From Candidatus Woesearchaeota archaeon (lineage in GTDB: Archaea > Nanobdellota > Nanobdellia > Pacearchaeales > GW2011-AR1), in NCBI GenBank assembly GCA_964428325.1, contig CAYRXU010000001.1, forward strand, positions 42,842 to 106,841: DNA of 64,000 nucleotides. Reading direction: 5' to 3'. Position 1 is the first letter of the stretch. The number at the start of each line of letters is the position of its first letter. A program made the translations under genes and the position numbers. The notes below the pieces were generated by a model, which was not told the origin of the DNA, searched no databases, and saw only the letters and a program-made list of their open reading frames with translations. Below are positions 22,676 to 32,133 of this stretch, one piece after another.

Positions 22676-23013
22676 CGCGAGACAGTTTGTTTGATATCTA
22701 CTAGGTGCGTGGTTGACTGAGTGGAACGAGTATCTAGTACGAGAGGAACGATACTCGGTGGCCTCTGGTGGGCGGTTGTTATTATAGCAGGCCGCGCAGC
22801 TACGCCATGTATCGATAAGTGCTGAAAGCATCTAAGCACGAAGCGATCCGCAAGACGAGTCAACAAAGGCCGTGATAAAAGATCACGTTGATAGAGTTGG
22901 TGTGTAATCTCCAAGAACCCGAGGAGTTTAGCATGCAACTACTAAAAGCCTCACTTTATTACCTATAATATTTTGCCTGCGTACGCGCGTTGTTTGATTA
23001 TATTTCTAAAACT

Positions 23014-23334
23014 ATGAGAAAACAATCAAATCAAAAAGATTCTCGTATTCCAGAAGATGGTCGTTATGTACATGGGATTGTTCGTGTTACTATTTCTGGA
23101 TTGCCTGCGTATGGAGATAATAACTCTCTGATTTATGAGTGGAGGCTTCAACATGGTTTGAGGGAAGAAAAAGGTAGGGCACAGCATTATGTTATTGGTC
23201 GCGGATGTGTTGATACAGAAGATGTGCGTGAGCAAGTTGCAGCTTCTGTGATAAGGGTGTGCTGTAAAGAATATCTAGGAATAGACTGCGCGTGGAAAAA
23301 GCCGCGCAAGTACGTGTCTATTACAAAGATGTAA
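23014..23334 (+). CDS. Hypothetical protein
   Basis: Open frame right after the 23S processing stem; no motif. Confidence 0.5.
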   Translation: MRKQSNQKDSRIPEDGRYVHGIVRVTISGLPAYGDNNSLIYEWRLQHGLREEKGRAQHYVIGRGCVDTEDVREQVAASVIRVCCKEYLGIDCAWKKPRKYVSITKM

Positions 23335-23398
23335 TTGTTGTATCTAATTAGTAGTTACAAATAGAAAGGTTTAAAAAGTGTGTTTTTACGTGTTTTGT

Positions 23399-23746
23399 AT
23401 GGAAAAGATAGAACATATCATATTCGATAAGAGTGAGAATAGTGAAACCGCTCTGAGAAACAATCCTGAAAGGAAGGTCGTACAACATCAGATGGACGGC
23501 GTTATCTATGCGTGTAAGGGAACTGCTCTAAGCAATCGAGATGGCGGGCTGCCAAGCGAGTGGCAAAATCTTGATGTCTGGAGAGTTGAAAGAGTTGGCG
23601 GACGCTTCAACAATACAGGCTTTGCTCAATATGTGACGGATCCTTGGGAATATTCTCAAGTCGGTGCAAGTCTCATGGAAAGAATTAGATATACTCTCAA
23701 GCAAAAGAGGCTAGATGCTAAAAAAAGAGCGGCACCGAATAACTAA
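23399..23746 (+). CDS. Hypothetical protein
   Basis: ATG about 29 nt after TTTAAAAA; no motif. Confidence 0.6.
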   Translation: MEKIEHIIFDKSENSETALRNNPERKVVQHQMDGVIYACKGTALSNRDGGLPSEWQNLDVWRVERVGGRFNNTGFAQYVTDPWEYSQVGASLMERIRYTLKQKRLDAKKRAAPNN

Positions 23747-23786
23747 TACTACTTAGCTTTAAATACCGTCAATTTTGAATTATAGT

Positions 23787-24041
23787 ATGACATATCACCC
23801 AACGAGAATAGATCACCCTGAATTGTGGAGATTGTTCCAGTATGACGGTCGAGACTATGCAGCGTTGCCAGGAGATTTGACTATTCTTGAAGTTGCTGAG
23901 GGTTCAGTTAGACGAGTGAAGGGAGTAGACCAATTCAATCTTAATGTAAAGGGTTGTATTGGAGCAAGAGAAGTGACACATGACCCGACAATTAGAAGAA
24001 GCTTATCTCAGATTATTTCTCGGCTCGACTCTTCCCTATAA
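23787..24041 (+). CDS. Hypothetical protein
   Basis: ATG about 29 nt after TTTAAATA; no motif. Confidence 0.55.
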   Translation: MTYHPTRIDHPELWRLFQYDGRDYAALPGDLTILEVAEGSVRRVKGVDQFNLNVKGCIGAREVTHDPTIRRSLSQIISRLDSSL

Positions 24042-24411
24042 AGAAGAATATTACTAGATAAATTGCAGTTCCAAGAGCGCCAATTGTTGCAAATGATAGC
24101 GTGTAGGGTCCGGAATAGCGTGCGAATAATGCGCTTATGATTGCGATGATTCCAAGTACGCCTATACCTAGTCCGAGATAAGGGTTTGAGAGCACTAGAT
24201 CTCTATTCCAGCTGAAGATAAGTGCAAGAAGCCAAGAGAGCCCAATTGAGAAAATGATTTCCATAGCCCCGAATTCTGCGTTGGTTTCTTGTGCAAGCAT
24301 CACAAAGAAGATTATTGTGATTGTAAGATAGAACGCAAATAGAACCCAGCTATGCCATGGAGGGAGAATATGCGGATTGTTTTTTACTTGTTGCACATCA
24401 CTCTTTTTCAT
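24013..24411 (-). CDS. Four-TM hypothetical membrane protein
   Basis: Four hydrophobic helices. Confidence 0.7.
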   Translation of the reverse strand: MKKSDVQQVKNNPHILPPWHSWVLFAFYLTITIIFFVMLAQETNAEFGAMEIIFSIGLSWLLALIFSWNRDLVLSNPYLGLGIGVLGIIAIISALFARYSGPYTLSFATIGALGTAIYLVIFFFIGKSRAEK

Positions 24412-24454
24412 GTCGAAATATAGAATGATAATTTAAATAGTTGCCTGCGTACAA

Positions 24455-26389
24455 ATGAGAATGGAATTTCCACGTGATAAGCTAACTATTGTTCTATGTT
24501 TACTAGCGTTTGCTATTTTGATTAGCTTTTTTGCTTTTGGAGCATATTATGCGTACTCTGATTTGAACATGTTGGAAGAAACTGGGCAGTTACCTGTGAC
24601 AGTTCCGACAAATGAGCCTATTACAAATAGCACTCCACTTGGAGGCAATCCTCCTGCTGCTCCAAACGGAACTATCTCCCGAGGTGGAGGTGGAGGCGGC
24701 GGTGGAGGAGGCGGAGGAGGATCTGGCCCTGCACCTGAGCCAACTACACCTCAATGTAGCGACGGTGTGGACAATGATAATGATGGGTACGTTGACTATC
24801 CTGCAGATCGAGCATGTAATGATGCAAATGACAATAATGAATCCCCGACTTTAGTTTGTACCGCTCAAGATTTGAGCGAAGTTAGTTTGAATCTTAATGG
24901 AGAATACATACAAACATGCGACATAGATTTAAGCAATTACAGTAGTTGGACACCTATCGGAGGATATAGCAGTAATCCCGCTTCGCTTGTTCCATTTACC
25001 GGAAGTTATGACGGTGCGGGACATACAATATACAATTTCACATACTACAACTTAGATAGCCCTGATATTGCCGTAGGATTGTTCGGGGAAGTCAGTAATG
25101 ATGGTTTTGTAAGTAATATTAACTTGGTTAATTTCAACATAACCGTAATTCAGAATAGCACTTCTCAAGCAGGTGTTTTCACAGGTTCAGTCTTTGGCTT
25201 CTATGATGGACGAGGTGAACATAAGGTTATTGAAAACATAAGCGTTCAAGGGAGTATCCGCCTAAGGGCTCCAAATGGTTTCCTTGGAGGAATTGTTGGT
25301 GATGCAAGATATGCCAATCTATCAAATCTACACTCAAATGTGACTATCTATCGAGAGTTCACAGATAAAGTTCTGGCTGGAGCAACATCATCTTATGTTG
25401 GAGGAATAGCAGGTATGTCTACATCGGTTAGGAATTCTAGTGCTGTAGGGACCATCCAATCGTATAACTTAGTGGTCAATAACGAAACCCCTGTGCGCTC
25501 AGCTGCGGGATTGGCAGCATATGTATCAGGAGATATAGAAAATTCTTATGCTGAAATGAATATAACTTTTGATAGCTCTACTCTTGGAGGACTTGGCGGT
25601 TTAGCGGATACAGTTATAGGCGACATACTCCGTTCTGGATTCAGAGGCACCTTGAACGGAAATAATTCAATAGGTGGAGTGGCCGTGATAGCATATGGAA
25701 ATGTTACTGAATCATTTGCAAGAGGAACCATAACGGGTCATTGGGCCATTGGGGGTCTCATTAGCGTTTATAGCCCAGAAGGCGGGGCGCAGATGACCGA
25801 TTCTTATGCAAGAGTGGATATATATGCAACAGGCCAAAATGTGGGAGGTCTCGTTTATAGAACTTCGAATGAAGGTATCTCCATTGATCGAAGTTACGCT
25901 TCCGGAAATATAACTGCGCAATCTCCTAAAGGGGGCCTTATAGGTTATTTCTCATCGCCTCCGAGTTCTGCAGTTGTGAATAATTCGTACTGGGACGTTA
26001 ATGTAAGCGGCCTCAATACAAGCATAGGAGGAGGATCTGGAAATACGACTGAGCAAATGTTTAATCAAAGCATTTATGTTGGGTGGGACTTTACAAATGT
26101 TTGGGAAATGAATCCTAACGGACCTGATTATCCACACTTGCTATGGGAGCAGGGCGTATGTGGGCCATTGCGATGTTCGCCATTTACCAGCATTACAGAG
26201 TTGAGAGAATCGCGATTGTTCAGTAGAACGGCAGGCATCGTTCTAGGGCTGCATATTCTTCTCTTTGTCTTGATTATTGTGTCTCTTCTTGTACATATAC
26301 GTCATGAGAAGCGAGATGCTCTTCTTGAGTTGCGCCAGGCGTTCCCTGAGATGCAAGAGCAGACTGATCCTTATTTGGGCGGACAGTAA
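24455..26389 (+). CDS. Surface protein with poly-Gly linker, Ca-binding-like CSDGVDNDNDGYVD repeat, GLUG-type beta-helix repeats and C-terminal TM
   Basis: N-terminal TM, G12 run, WTPIG...FTGSYDGAGHTI, repeated GGLxG/GGIxG motifs, GWDFTNVW, C-terminal TM. Confidence 0.85.
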   Translation: MRMEFPRDKLTIVLCLLAFAILISFFAFGAYYAYSDLNMLEETGQLPVTVPTNEPITNSTPLGGNPPAAPNGTISRGGGGGGGGGGGGGSGPAPEPTTPQCSDGVDNDNDGYVDYPADRACNDANDNNESPTLVCTAQDLSEVSLNLNGEYIQTCDIDLSNYSSWTPIGGYSSNPASLVPFTGSYDGAGHTIYNFTYYNLDSPDIAVGLFGEVSNDGFVSNINLVNFNITVIQNSTSQAGVFTGSVFGFYDGRGEHKVIENISVQGSIRLRAPNGFLGGIVGDARYANLSNLHSNVTIYREFTDKVLAGATSSYVGGIAGMSTSVRNSSAVGTIQSYNLVVNNETPVRSAAGLAAYVSGDIENSYAEMNITFDSSTLGGLGGLADTVIGDILRSGFRGTLNGNNSIGGVAVIAYGNVTESFARGTITGHWAIGGLISVYSPEGGAQMTDSYARVDIYATGQNVGGLVYRTSNEGISIDRSYASGNITAQSPKGGLIGYFSSPPSSAVVNNSYWDVNVSGLNTSIGGGSGNTTEQMFNQSIYVGWDFTNVWEMNPNGPDYPHLLWEQGVCGPLRCSPFTSITELRESRLFSRTAGIVLGLHILLFVLIIVSLLVHIRHEKRDALLELRQAFPEMQEQTDPYLGGQ

Positions 26390-26418
26390 GTTTAAAAAGC
26401 GTCAAAAAGCTCTTTCTT

Positions 26419-26805
26419 ATGTGAGTCGGACAGCTGACTCCGGGAGTGCACTTGAATGTGCGAAGACTGATAATGAGTTTTCTCCTGAGGAAGGTCCGGA
26501 CATCTCTCTATGCAAATAGAGAACAACACGATCCGCTGAAAGGCGGCTACGTGCGAGCGTAAGCAACGTAACAGAAACGACACAGCCTCAATTGAGCTAT
26601 GAACCGTGAGGGAAGCTTTGAGATTGAGGATTTGATGAAACGTCGAGAATGATAATTCTCGGGGTGATCAAGAACGAAAGTTCTTGACACGGACGCCTTC
26701 GTGGATGCAACCACTTTAACCGTGGGCGCAGTCAGATGTCAGCACGCACAGTTTGCGCGTTATGGCGCGATGTTCGACAGAATCTGGCCTACGTCCGACT
26801 CACAT
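26419..26805 (+). ncRNA. rnpB: RNase P RNA (archaeal)
   Basis: 13-bp terminal P1 ATGTGAGTCGGAC/GTCCGACTCACAT; CR-I GAGGAAGGTCCGGA pairs with CR-V ACAGAATCTGGCCTAC (P4); ACAGAAACG and GATGAAAC motifs; TTTAAAAA box at 26391. Confidence 0.93.
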
Positions 26806-26863
26806 CCTTAATTGTTTAGTTTATCATATGAATACTTATTAAGGAAGAGAGTATTGTTATTGG

Positions 26864-27346
26864 ATGGTTAAGTTTGACTTTCAAAACCTCCCATCTTCTG
26901 TTTTTTCTAGATTGCGCAATGATTATGGTTCAAGTAACAAAGTAATAGAACTAATAAATCGTGGTGATATTGAATATCGCGAGGGCGAGACTAGACAAGA
27001 GGTGCGTATGTGGGGAGGAAGACTTGCTTTTGCCTTGGCTCCAGGGCAGCTTATAAGCTGTTATAGATCCGATTTACTCGATGTTGAACGGCCAACGTAT
27101 CAACGCCTTGCCGAACTTCTGTCTCTAGGAGAAAGTCATGCTAATGGTAGGCACTTGAATCATTTAAGAAGAGGATTTATAGTTGAATATGATGATAGGT
27201 CAAGACAAGAAATAGAGCGGATTGCAGGTCTACCGATATCTCGGAGCGTTCGAGTTCGCCATGAGATAGGAAAGATTGTAGACCATAGCACAATGTTTGA
27301 AGCGATTTGGAAAGTTGCCGTTAAACCCCTAATATCTATCTCTTAA
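26864..27346 (+). CDS. Hypothetical protein
   Basis: 160-aa ORF filling the gap between rnpB and tRNA-Phe; no motif. Confidence 0.6.
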   Translation: MVKFDFQNLPSSVFSRLRNDYGSSNKVIELINRGDIEYREGETRQEVRMWGGRLAFALAPGQLISCYRSDLLDVERPTYQRLAELLSLGESHANGRHLNHLRRGFIVEYDDRSRQEIERIAGLPISRSVRVRHEIGKIVDHSTMFEAIWKVAVKPLISIS

Positions 27347-27392
27347 CGGTTTACTAAACCTTTAAAAGCTGTTTTTTACTGTGTTTTCATAT

Positions 27393-27464
27393 GGGAGTGT
27401 AGCTCAGTGGGAGAGCGTTCGACTGAAGCTCGATAGGTCGGGGGTTCGATTCCCTCCACTCCCA
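27393..27464 (+). tRNA. tRNA-Phe(GAA)
   Basis: Acceptor GGGAGTG/CACTCCC + A, D-arm GCTC-AGTGGGA-GAGC, anticodon loop CTGAAGC, T-loop TTCGATT; no intron, no CCA. Confidence 0.93.
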
Positions 27465-27510
27465 TTTCTGGCGACGTTACGTATTTATAGCAAGTTTGGC
27501 TCGAGAGATA

Positions 27511-28782
27511 ATGAATTGGCCTTATCTTGCTGTTGGTGCTCTTGCTGGAGTTATATTGATTATTTTTGCTTCGTATGTGACTATTACAGGCTTTACGGTG
27601 AATGAAGAGTTTTTTAGTGCTCAGCTTGGTGCTGCTTACACCGAACAAGTTGGAGTTGGGCTTGCTGATGGCGAAGAGCACGATTTTGTCCCTACGATAA
27701 GCTGTTATGAAGAAGGATGTGGCATTATCTCGCTGAAGATATCGGGAGAGATTCATGCCAATCGTTCAGGGACAGTGCGCGTGTATGTTGATGATGACAA
27801 GGAGAGATACCTTGTTCTGGAAGAAAGTATTCTTCTTGGGTCGCATGACATCACTGAGAGTGTAATGAGTGAGGAAAATGTAAGCTTCTTCAACGAGACA
27901 ACGAATGAGACTGAAGTGCAGACGTTCTATACGACGCACGAAAATACTTACAGCATAGAGGAACCGGGCACGTCATCTTTTAAGCACGTTTGTGATGAGA
28001 GTTGCGAGTTCTTTCTTGCGAGCCGCGTGATGTACTCCCTAAGTGTTGAAGCACCTGAAGACGTAGATATTGAGATCAAAGATGTGACTTACGTATGGGA
28101 AATTCCTGGTCGCGAGATTGTTGAGATTGAGGTATTGAATGATAGTGATGTGAATATGACAACCCCGGAGCTGAAGAATGAGACTAACATGACACTTTCT
28201 CCTCCGATTGTATCCGGAATTACAGGATTTGCATCTGTTGATTTTAGTGCTAGAGAGAATGTAAGCAACCTGCCTGCGAACTGGTTCGTAAAATCAGAGC
28301 CTAGTTTAGATGATGTTGACTCTGCTAATTGGGAATGGGAGCCATATTCTGATTTAGAAAGTGGGATAAATATCCCTCTTGGTGTGATGAAGAGGCCTCA
28401 AGAAGAATACGCAAGCGTTGAAGTTAGATTATACTCTAGGACAGTTGAAATTCAAGAAAACGCTTCTCTTGAGATTGAGTTCGTATATGATATAGATGCT
28501 AGGGACGAATGTGCGCAACTAACCTTTGAGACCTATGGAAATAATAGTCTCCCGGAGACAAGTTACATGATTACCCTATCTGGAAAAAGAATAGATTCCG
28601 AGCAAGACTTTAGTCTAAATTACACCTTCTCGGATAGAAAGACGACCCTCAGGGCTCGTACAATAGCTCAAGTTAAAGGAAAAATTGGACAATTTTCCTT
28701 GACCCCATTGTGCTACGATGGGACGATAAATGTCCAGAATTTAACCTATATGTTTATAAATAATTTTGAGCACTACGAGTAA
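27511..28782 (+). CDS. Acidic surface protein with N-terminal TM and ITGF motif
   Basis: N-terminal TM, Cys pairs (CYEEGC, CDESC), many N-x-S/T sequons; first gene of the surface cluster. Confidence 0.75.
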   Translation: MNWPYLAVGALAGVILIIFASYVTITGFTVNEEFFSAQLGAAYTEQVGVGLADGEEHDFVPTISCYEEGCGIISLKISGEIHANRSGTVRVYVDDDKERYLVLEESILLGSHDITESVMSEENVSFFNETTNETEVQTFYTTHENTYSIEEPGTSSFKHVCDESCEFFLASRVMYSLSVEAPEDVDIEIKDVTYVWEIPGREIVEIEVLNDSDVNMTTPELKNETNMTLSPPIVSGITGFASVDFSARENVSNLPANWFVKSEPSLDDVDSANWEWEPYSDLESGINIPLGVMKRPQEEYASVEVRLYSRTVEIQENASLEIEFVYDIDARDECAQLTFETYGNNSLPETSYMITLSGKRIDSEQDFSLNYTFSDRKTTLRARTIAQVKGKIGQFSLTPLCYDGTINVQNLTYMFINNFEHYE

Positions 28783-28783
28783 T

Positions 28784-30400
28784 ATGAAGAGAGGGGAGAT
28801 AATTATAATTTTATTGATCTGCGCGATATTTATCTCTCCGATATGCTCTGCTAGAGTTGTCCCTTATTCTGAAATAAAAACTGTTGAATTCTTTGTCGGG
28901 CAGGATACGACGCAATCTGCAAATACTACTTCTCGTGGATATGGTCTATCTTTTTATTTGCCAGAGACTGATGTCGCCAAGAGATATGCATGGTTTGAGA
29001 TGACTAATATATTGACTGCTGTTGTGGACAATGTTGTTGACGTTAACCTTAGCCAAGTTGCTGGCGACTCTTATTCTATAGACAGCGCAGGGGAGACTCA
29101 AGAGAGCCTGATAAGATATGCCTTTCAGCCGCAGGTAAATCCTGGAATAAATGGACCCTATACCCTATATTCTAAGACCTCAATTGGAGGACCATTATCT
29201 GCGGAGTCTGCTAAATTATTGTTGACTTACGAGTACGACTCTACTTCCCCAAGACAGTTAAAAACAGTTAAGTACCTAGTGGGGCAAGATAATTTAAGTC
29301 GGGCTTCTGCGGCAACCTTGTCTCTTCCATTCTCTATTTTTCTTCCTGAAACTGGAATAGTTGTCAGATCTGCCTTTGTTGAGGTAACTGGAGTAAGCAG
29401 AGGTAATGCTGACCAGTCTATCTTTGTAAATACGACTGCTGGCGTTTCCTTGACTGCTTCGATCGATAGTAGCGCAGCTACACAAGCCTATACCTTGTTA
29501 TACAACGCAACAGAATTGTATTCAATCAATTCTCCAGGAACATATTCTAAAACCTTAAATGTGCAAGCAACTGGAGGCAGCCAGACTTTGGTTGGAGCGG
29601 TAGCGACAATAACTTATGAATATGATTCTAACTCAACAAACCAGTTGAGAACAGTAAGATATAACGCCATGGAGCTTAACAACAGTTACGCGACAAATAC
29701 TCTAGTTAGTCAAGATTTTAGTTTTGAGGTTGCCGAGGATGCAATTCAAGTACAATCTGCATTTATCAAGTTTAATGCCTGGATAACTGCGACCGCGAGC
29801 ATTTTGGCAAATATAAGTAATGTAGGGCATAGGAACTCAACGGTAACCATCTTGACTGAAGGCACTCATTTTACGCATTATACAAACTTCACACAGGCTT
29901 ATGCGATAAATTCTGCAGGAGACTATGGGCCATATACGCTTAACTATCGTCTTATTGGTCCAACAACTACAGTTCCAATGGCGCAATTTTTCCTGACCTA
30001 TAACTATTCAACCAGTACACCTAAGAAGATGAAGACAGTAGAGTTTGGCCCATTCACTGATGATACACAGCGTGCAGCTAACATTGATTATGATAGGGCC
30101 ATATTTATGATTACTCCAGAATATAATGTTAGCATGAGATCAGTTTACATGGAATCAAGTGCTGTAGCTTCATCTACTGGAGCGACACATACGCTTTTTG
30201 CCGGATTTGGTGATGATCCTAGAAGATTTACTAAATCAACAACAGGGGAAACTTCAATGAGCTACTTGATAAGAAACGCAACAGATACTCTGTACGATGC
30301 AAGTACAGGCACTAATGGCGCATTCCAATTATTCAGACAGGACAGCGGTATTTCTTCTGTTACTAGCGGGAAGGTGATTGCTACCTATTTTTTTCAGTAA
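28784..30400 (+). CDS. Secreted repeat adhesin, 5' part (four ~130-aa beta-rich repeats), frameshifted
   Basis: Signal peptide MKRGEIIIILLICAIFISPICSA; repeats begin EIKTVEF/QLKTVKY/QLRTVRY/KMKTVEF; stops 1 codon after a T7 run. Confidence 0.8.
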   Translation: MKRGEIIIILLICAIFISPICSARVVPYSEIKTVEFFVGQDTTQSANTTSRGYGLSFYLPETDVAKRYAWFEMTNILTAVVDNVVDVNLSQVAGDSYSIDSAGETQESLIRYAFQPQVNPGINGPYTLYSKTSIGGPLSAESAKLLLTYEYDSTSPRQLKTVKYLVGQDNLSRASAATLSLPFSIFLPETGIVVRSAFVEVTGVSRGNADQSIFVNTTAGVSLTASIDSSAATQAYTLLYNATELYSINSPGTYSKTLNVQATGGSQTLVGAVATITYEYDSNSTNQLRTVRYNAMELNNSYATNTLVSQDFSFEVAEDAIQVQSAFIKFNAWITATASILANISNVGHRNSTVTILTEGTHFTHYTNFTQAYAINSAGDYGPYTLNYRLIGPTTTVPMAQFFLTYNYSTSTPKKMKTVEFGPFTDDTQRAANIDYDRAIFMITPEYNVSMRSVYMESSAVASSTGATHTLFAGFGDDPRRFTKSTTGETSMSYLIRNATDTLYDASTGTNGAFQLFRQDSGISSVTSGKVIATYFFQ

Positions 30401-31491
30401 TTAGTGGACCTCAATGGGACAACCCTGCAAAAAATCAAAGCATAGTATCTCAGAATGACATCATAGCGTTTAATACCAGCTGGAGTAGCAGTTACAATCT
30501 GCAAAGATATATTTTCTCTATAAATCAGACAGGGCAATGGATAAATAGCGAACAAGTGCTATTCAGCGGCAAGAACAATGTATCAACTAATGTAACTAGA
30601 ATAACTGCCTCTCAAGGCACCACGGTGGAATGGAAATTTTACGCACAAGACATATATGGTACCTGGAATGTAACAGACATACAGACTTTTGTTGTTGGCG
30701 GAAATAGCGGCACCTTAAGCGCTATGCTAATATCCCCTACTGGATCTAACAACCAACCTGCTAACCAAACCTTCGTCCTACACGCTAACGTCACATGCTC
30801 AGGTTCCGGAGGAGCTAGCTGCGGTAGCGTCAATGGGACATTGCTCTATAACGCAACTTCAGCCAATCCTTCAAATAATATAACTGGAGGAGGAAATTTC
30901 AACACTCCTTTCTACGCATTGCAGAATAACCCTCTTGCCTGTGGAAGCATGACTTCCTCAAGTGCTCCTTGTGCGCTGAACTGGACCATAAATACCACGG
31001 GAAATATAGGCAGCACATGGGGACTTGCTGTTAACTTTAGCTCGACCGATAGTGGCGTGAGTGCTTCACTTACGAATACGACCAATATAACTATTATTGA
31101 TGCCTCGCTAAGCATTACGATTTCAACTACTCTGCAGAATGTGAACTTTGGAAGTAACCTTAATCCTGGAAGCTACAATAATAGCGCAGTTAACAACTCG
31201 AATAATGTTTACAATATAACTTGCGGATATCTCGCAGGTAACTGTAACATCTCCATCAAGGCGAATGATGAGCTTGTTGCAGGCATAACTCGCATAGGGG
31301 CGACTAATGTAACTTGGAATCAAGCGAATACCATTATAGGGTCTAAAAGATTGTCTCTGGTTTACCAAGTTATCAATCTAACCCTTTCAAATTTGGCCAC
31401 CCAGCCCATCTACTTCTGGCTGGACATTCCGAATGGAACAGTTGCAGGAAATTATGTAGGTAACTTTACTATACAAGGACAACCGAATTAA
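30391..31491 (+). CDS. Adhesin 3' part in the -1 frame: Ig-like domains plus C-terminal pilin/WxL-like domain
   Basis: The frame of the 30556 ORF is open back to the T7 run (FSVISGPQWDNPAKNQ...) with no start or signal peptide of its own; ends FWLDIPNGTVAGNYVGNFTIQG. Confidence 0.75.
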   Translation, partial: FSVISGPQWDNPAKNQSIVSQNDIIAFNTSWSSSYNLQRYIFSINQTGQWINSEQVLFSGKNNVSTNVTRITASQGTTVEWKFYAQDIYGTWNVTDIQTFVVGGNSGTLSAMLISPTGSNNQPANQTFVLHANVTCSGSGGASCGSVNGTLLYNATSANPSNNITGGGNFNTPFYALQNNPLACGSMTSSSAPCALNWTINTTGNIGSTWGLAVNFSSTDSGVSASLTNTTNITIIDASLSITISTTLQNVNFGSNLNPGSYNNSAVNNSNNVYNITCGYLAGNCNISIKANDELVAGITRIGATNVTWNQANTIIGSKRLSLVYQVINLTLSNLATQPIYFWLDIPNGTVAGNYVGNFTIQGQPN

Positions 31492-31760
31492 ATTTATAAA
31501 GGAGCAAGCGATAAGATGGCTATGAAAAGAGCGAAGAGGGGTAGTGTGAATACTATGCACTATATGGTGCTACTTCTTGCGGTTGTGATTGTTGCTCTTG
31601 CAGTGACCTTTCTCGTATCGCATGATAGCCCTCCTGTCATTACAGGTTATGCTACTTCGCAAGTAGGTAACTTGAGCGCCAGTATTGCGACTTATCTCTC
31701 GTGTACTTGGAGTAATGATGCCCTTTCTATTAGTTTTGGAAGTAACCTTAATCCTGGAAG
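31147..31760 (+). repeat. 26-bp exact direct repeat shared by the two pilin-like domains
   Basis: TTTGGAAGTAACCTTAATCCTGGAAG at 31147-31172 and 31735-31760. Confidence 0.9.
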
Positions 31761-32133
31761 TTATGACATTAACGCTACTCAAAACTTTAATCTTACTACA
31801 TTTAATAACACATTCTACAACGTTACCGTTGACACATTCAGTAATGTTGCTGCGAATATTACCGTAAAGGGAGAAAATCTGGTATCTGGCAGTAATATCA
31901 TCGGGGTTACTAACATTACCTGGGCAAGTAACGGTACACATGCAAATGGAACAAATATGATTAGCGGTAATGGAATTGTGTTAAATACTACGTTCAACAT
32001 TGGCAATGCTGTTGGAGTAGCACGCAGCGTTGGGAGTACTACTCACTTCAGATTCTGGGTAGACATTCCAAACGGAACGGTAGCAGGAAGCTACACAGGT
32101 AACTACACTATGCAGTGTGCAGGAGCGACATAA
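31516..32133 (+). CDS. Small pilin-like (Csu/spore-coat-U/WxL-like) secreted protein
   Basis: TM + ITGYA, alternating strand NLSASIATYLSC, SFGSNLNPGSY, C-terminal FWVDIPNGTVAGSYTGNYTM; paralog of the adhesin C-domain. Confidence 0.7.
   Translation: MAMKRAKRGSVNTMHYMVLLLAVVIVALAVTFLVSHDSPPVITGYATSQVGNLSASIATYLSCTWSNDALSISFGSNLNPGSYDINATQNFNLTTFNNTFYNVTVDTFSNVAANITVKGENLVSGSNIIGVTNITWASNGTHANGTNMISGNGIVLNTTFNIGNAVGVARSVGSTTHFRFWVDIPNGTVAGSYTGNYTMQCAGAT

Larger units (their letters stand above)
19533..22952 (+). rRNA. 23S rRNA interrupted by two group I introns
   Basis: GACGAAGGACGTGGCAAGCTGCGATAAGC, GAAACATCTTAGTACC, P-loop GGCTGGGGCGGC, GGATAACAGG, sarcin-ricin loop AGTACGAGAGGAAC. Ends approximate; no 5S follows. 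Confidence 0.97.

Noticed and set aside
22953..23400. 5S rRNA downstream of 23S
   Set aside because: No 5S-like sequence; the region holds the processing stem and ORFs.
24441..24452. 12-bp match (TTGCCTGCGTAC) to the 23S processing stem
   Set aside because: A single short match with no flanking similarity; may be chance.
24682..24721. GGN triplet runs here and near 32925-32957 as DNA repeats or G-quadruplexes
   Set aside because: Mixed GGA/GGT/GGC codons encoding poly-Gly linkers of surface proteins.
26277..26583. Small ORFs on both strands
   Set aside because: They overlap the RNase P RNA gene.
27376..27756. ORFs spanning tRNA-Phe; integrative element at tRNA-Phe
   Set aside because: The ORFs overlap the tRNA; no integrase and no duplicated tRNA 3' end (att site) was seen.
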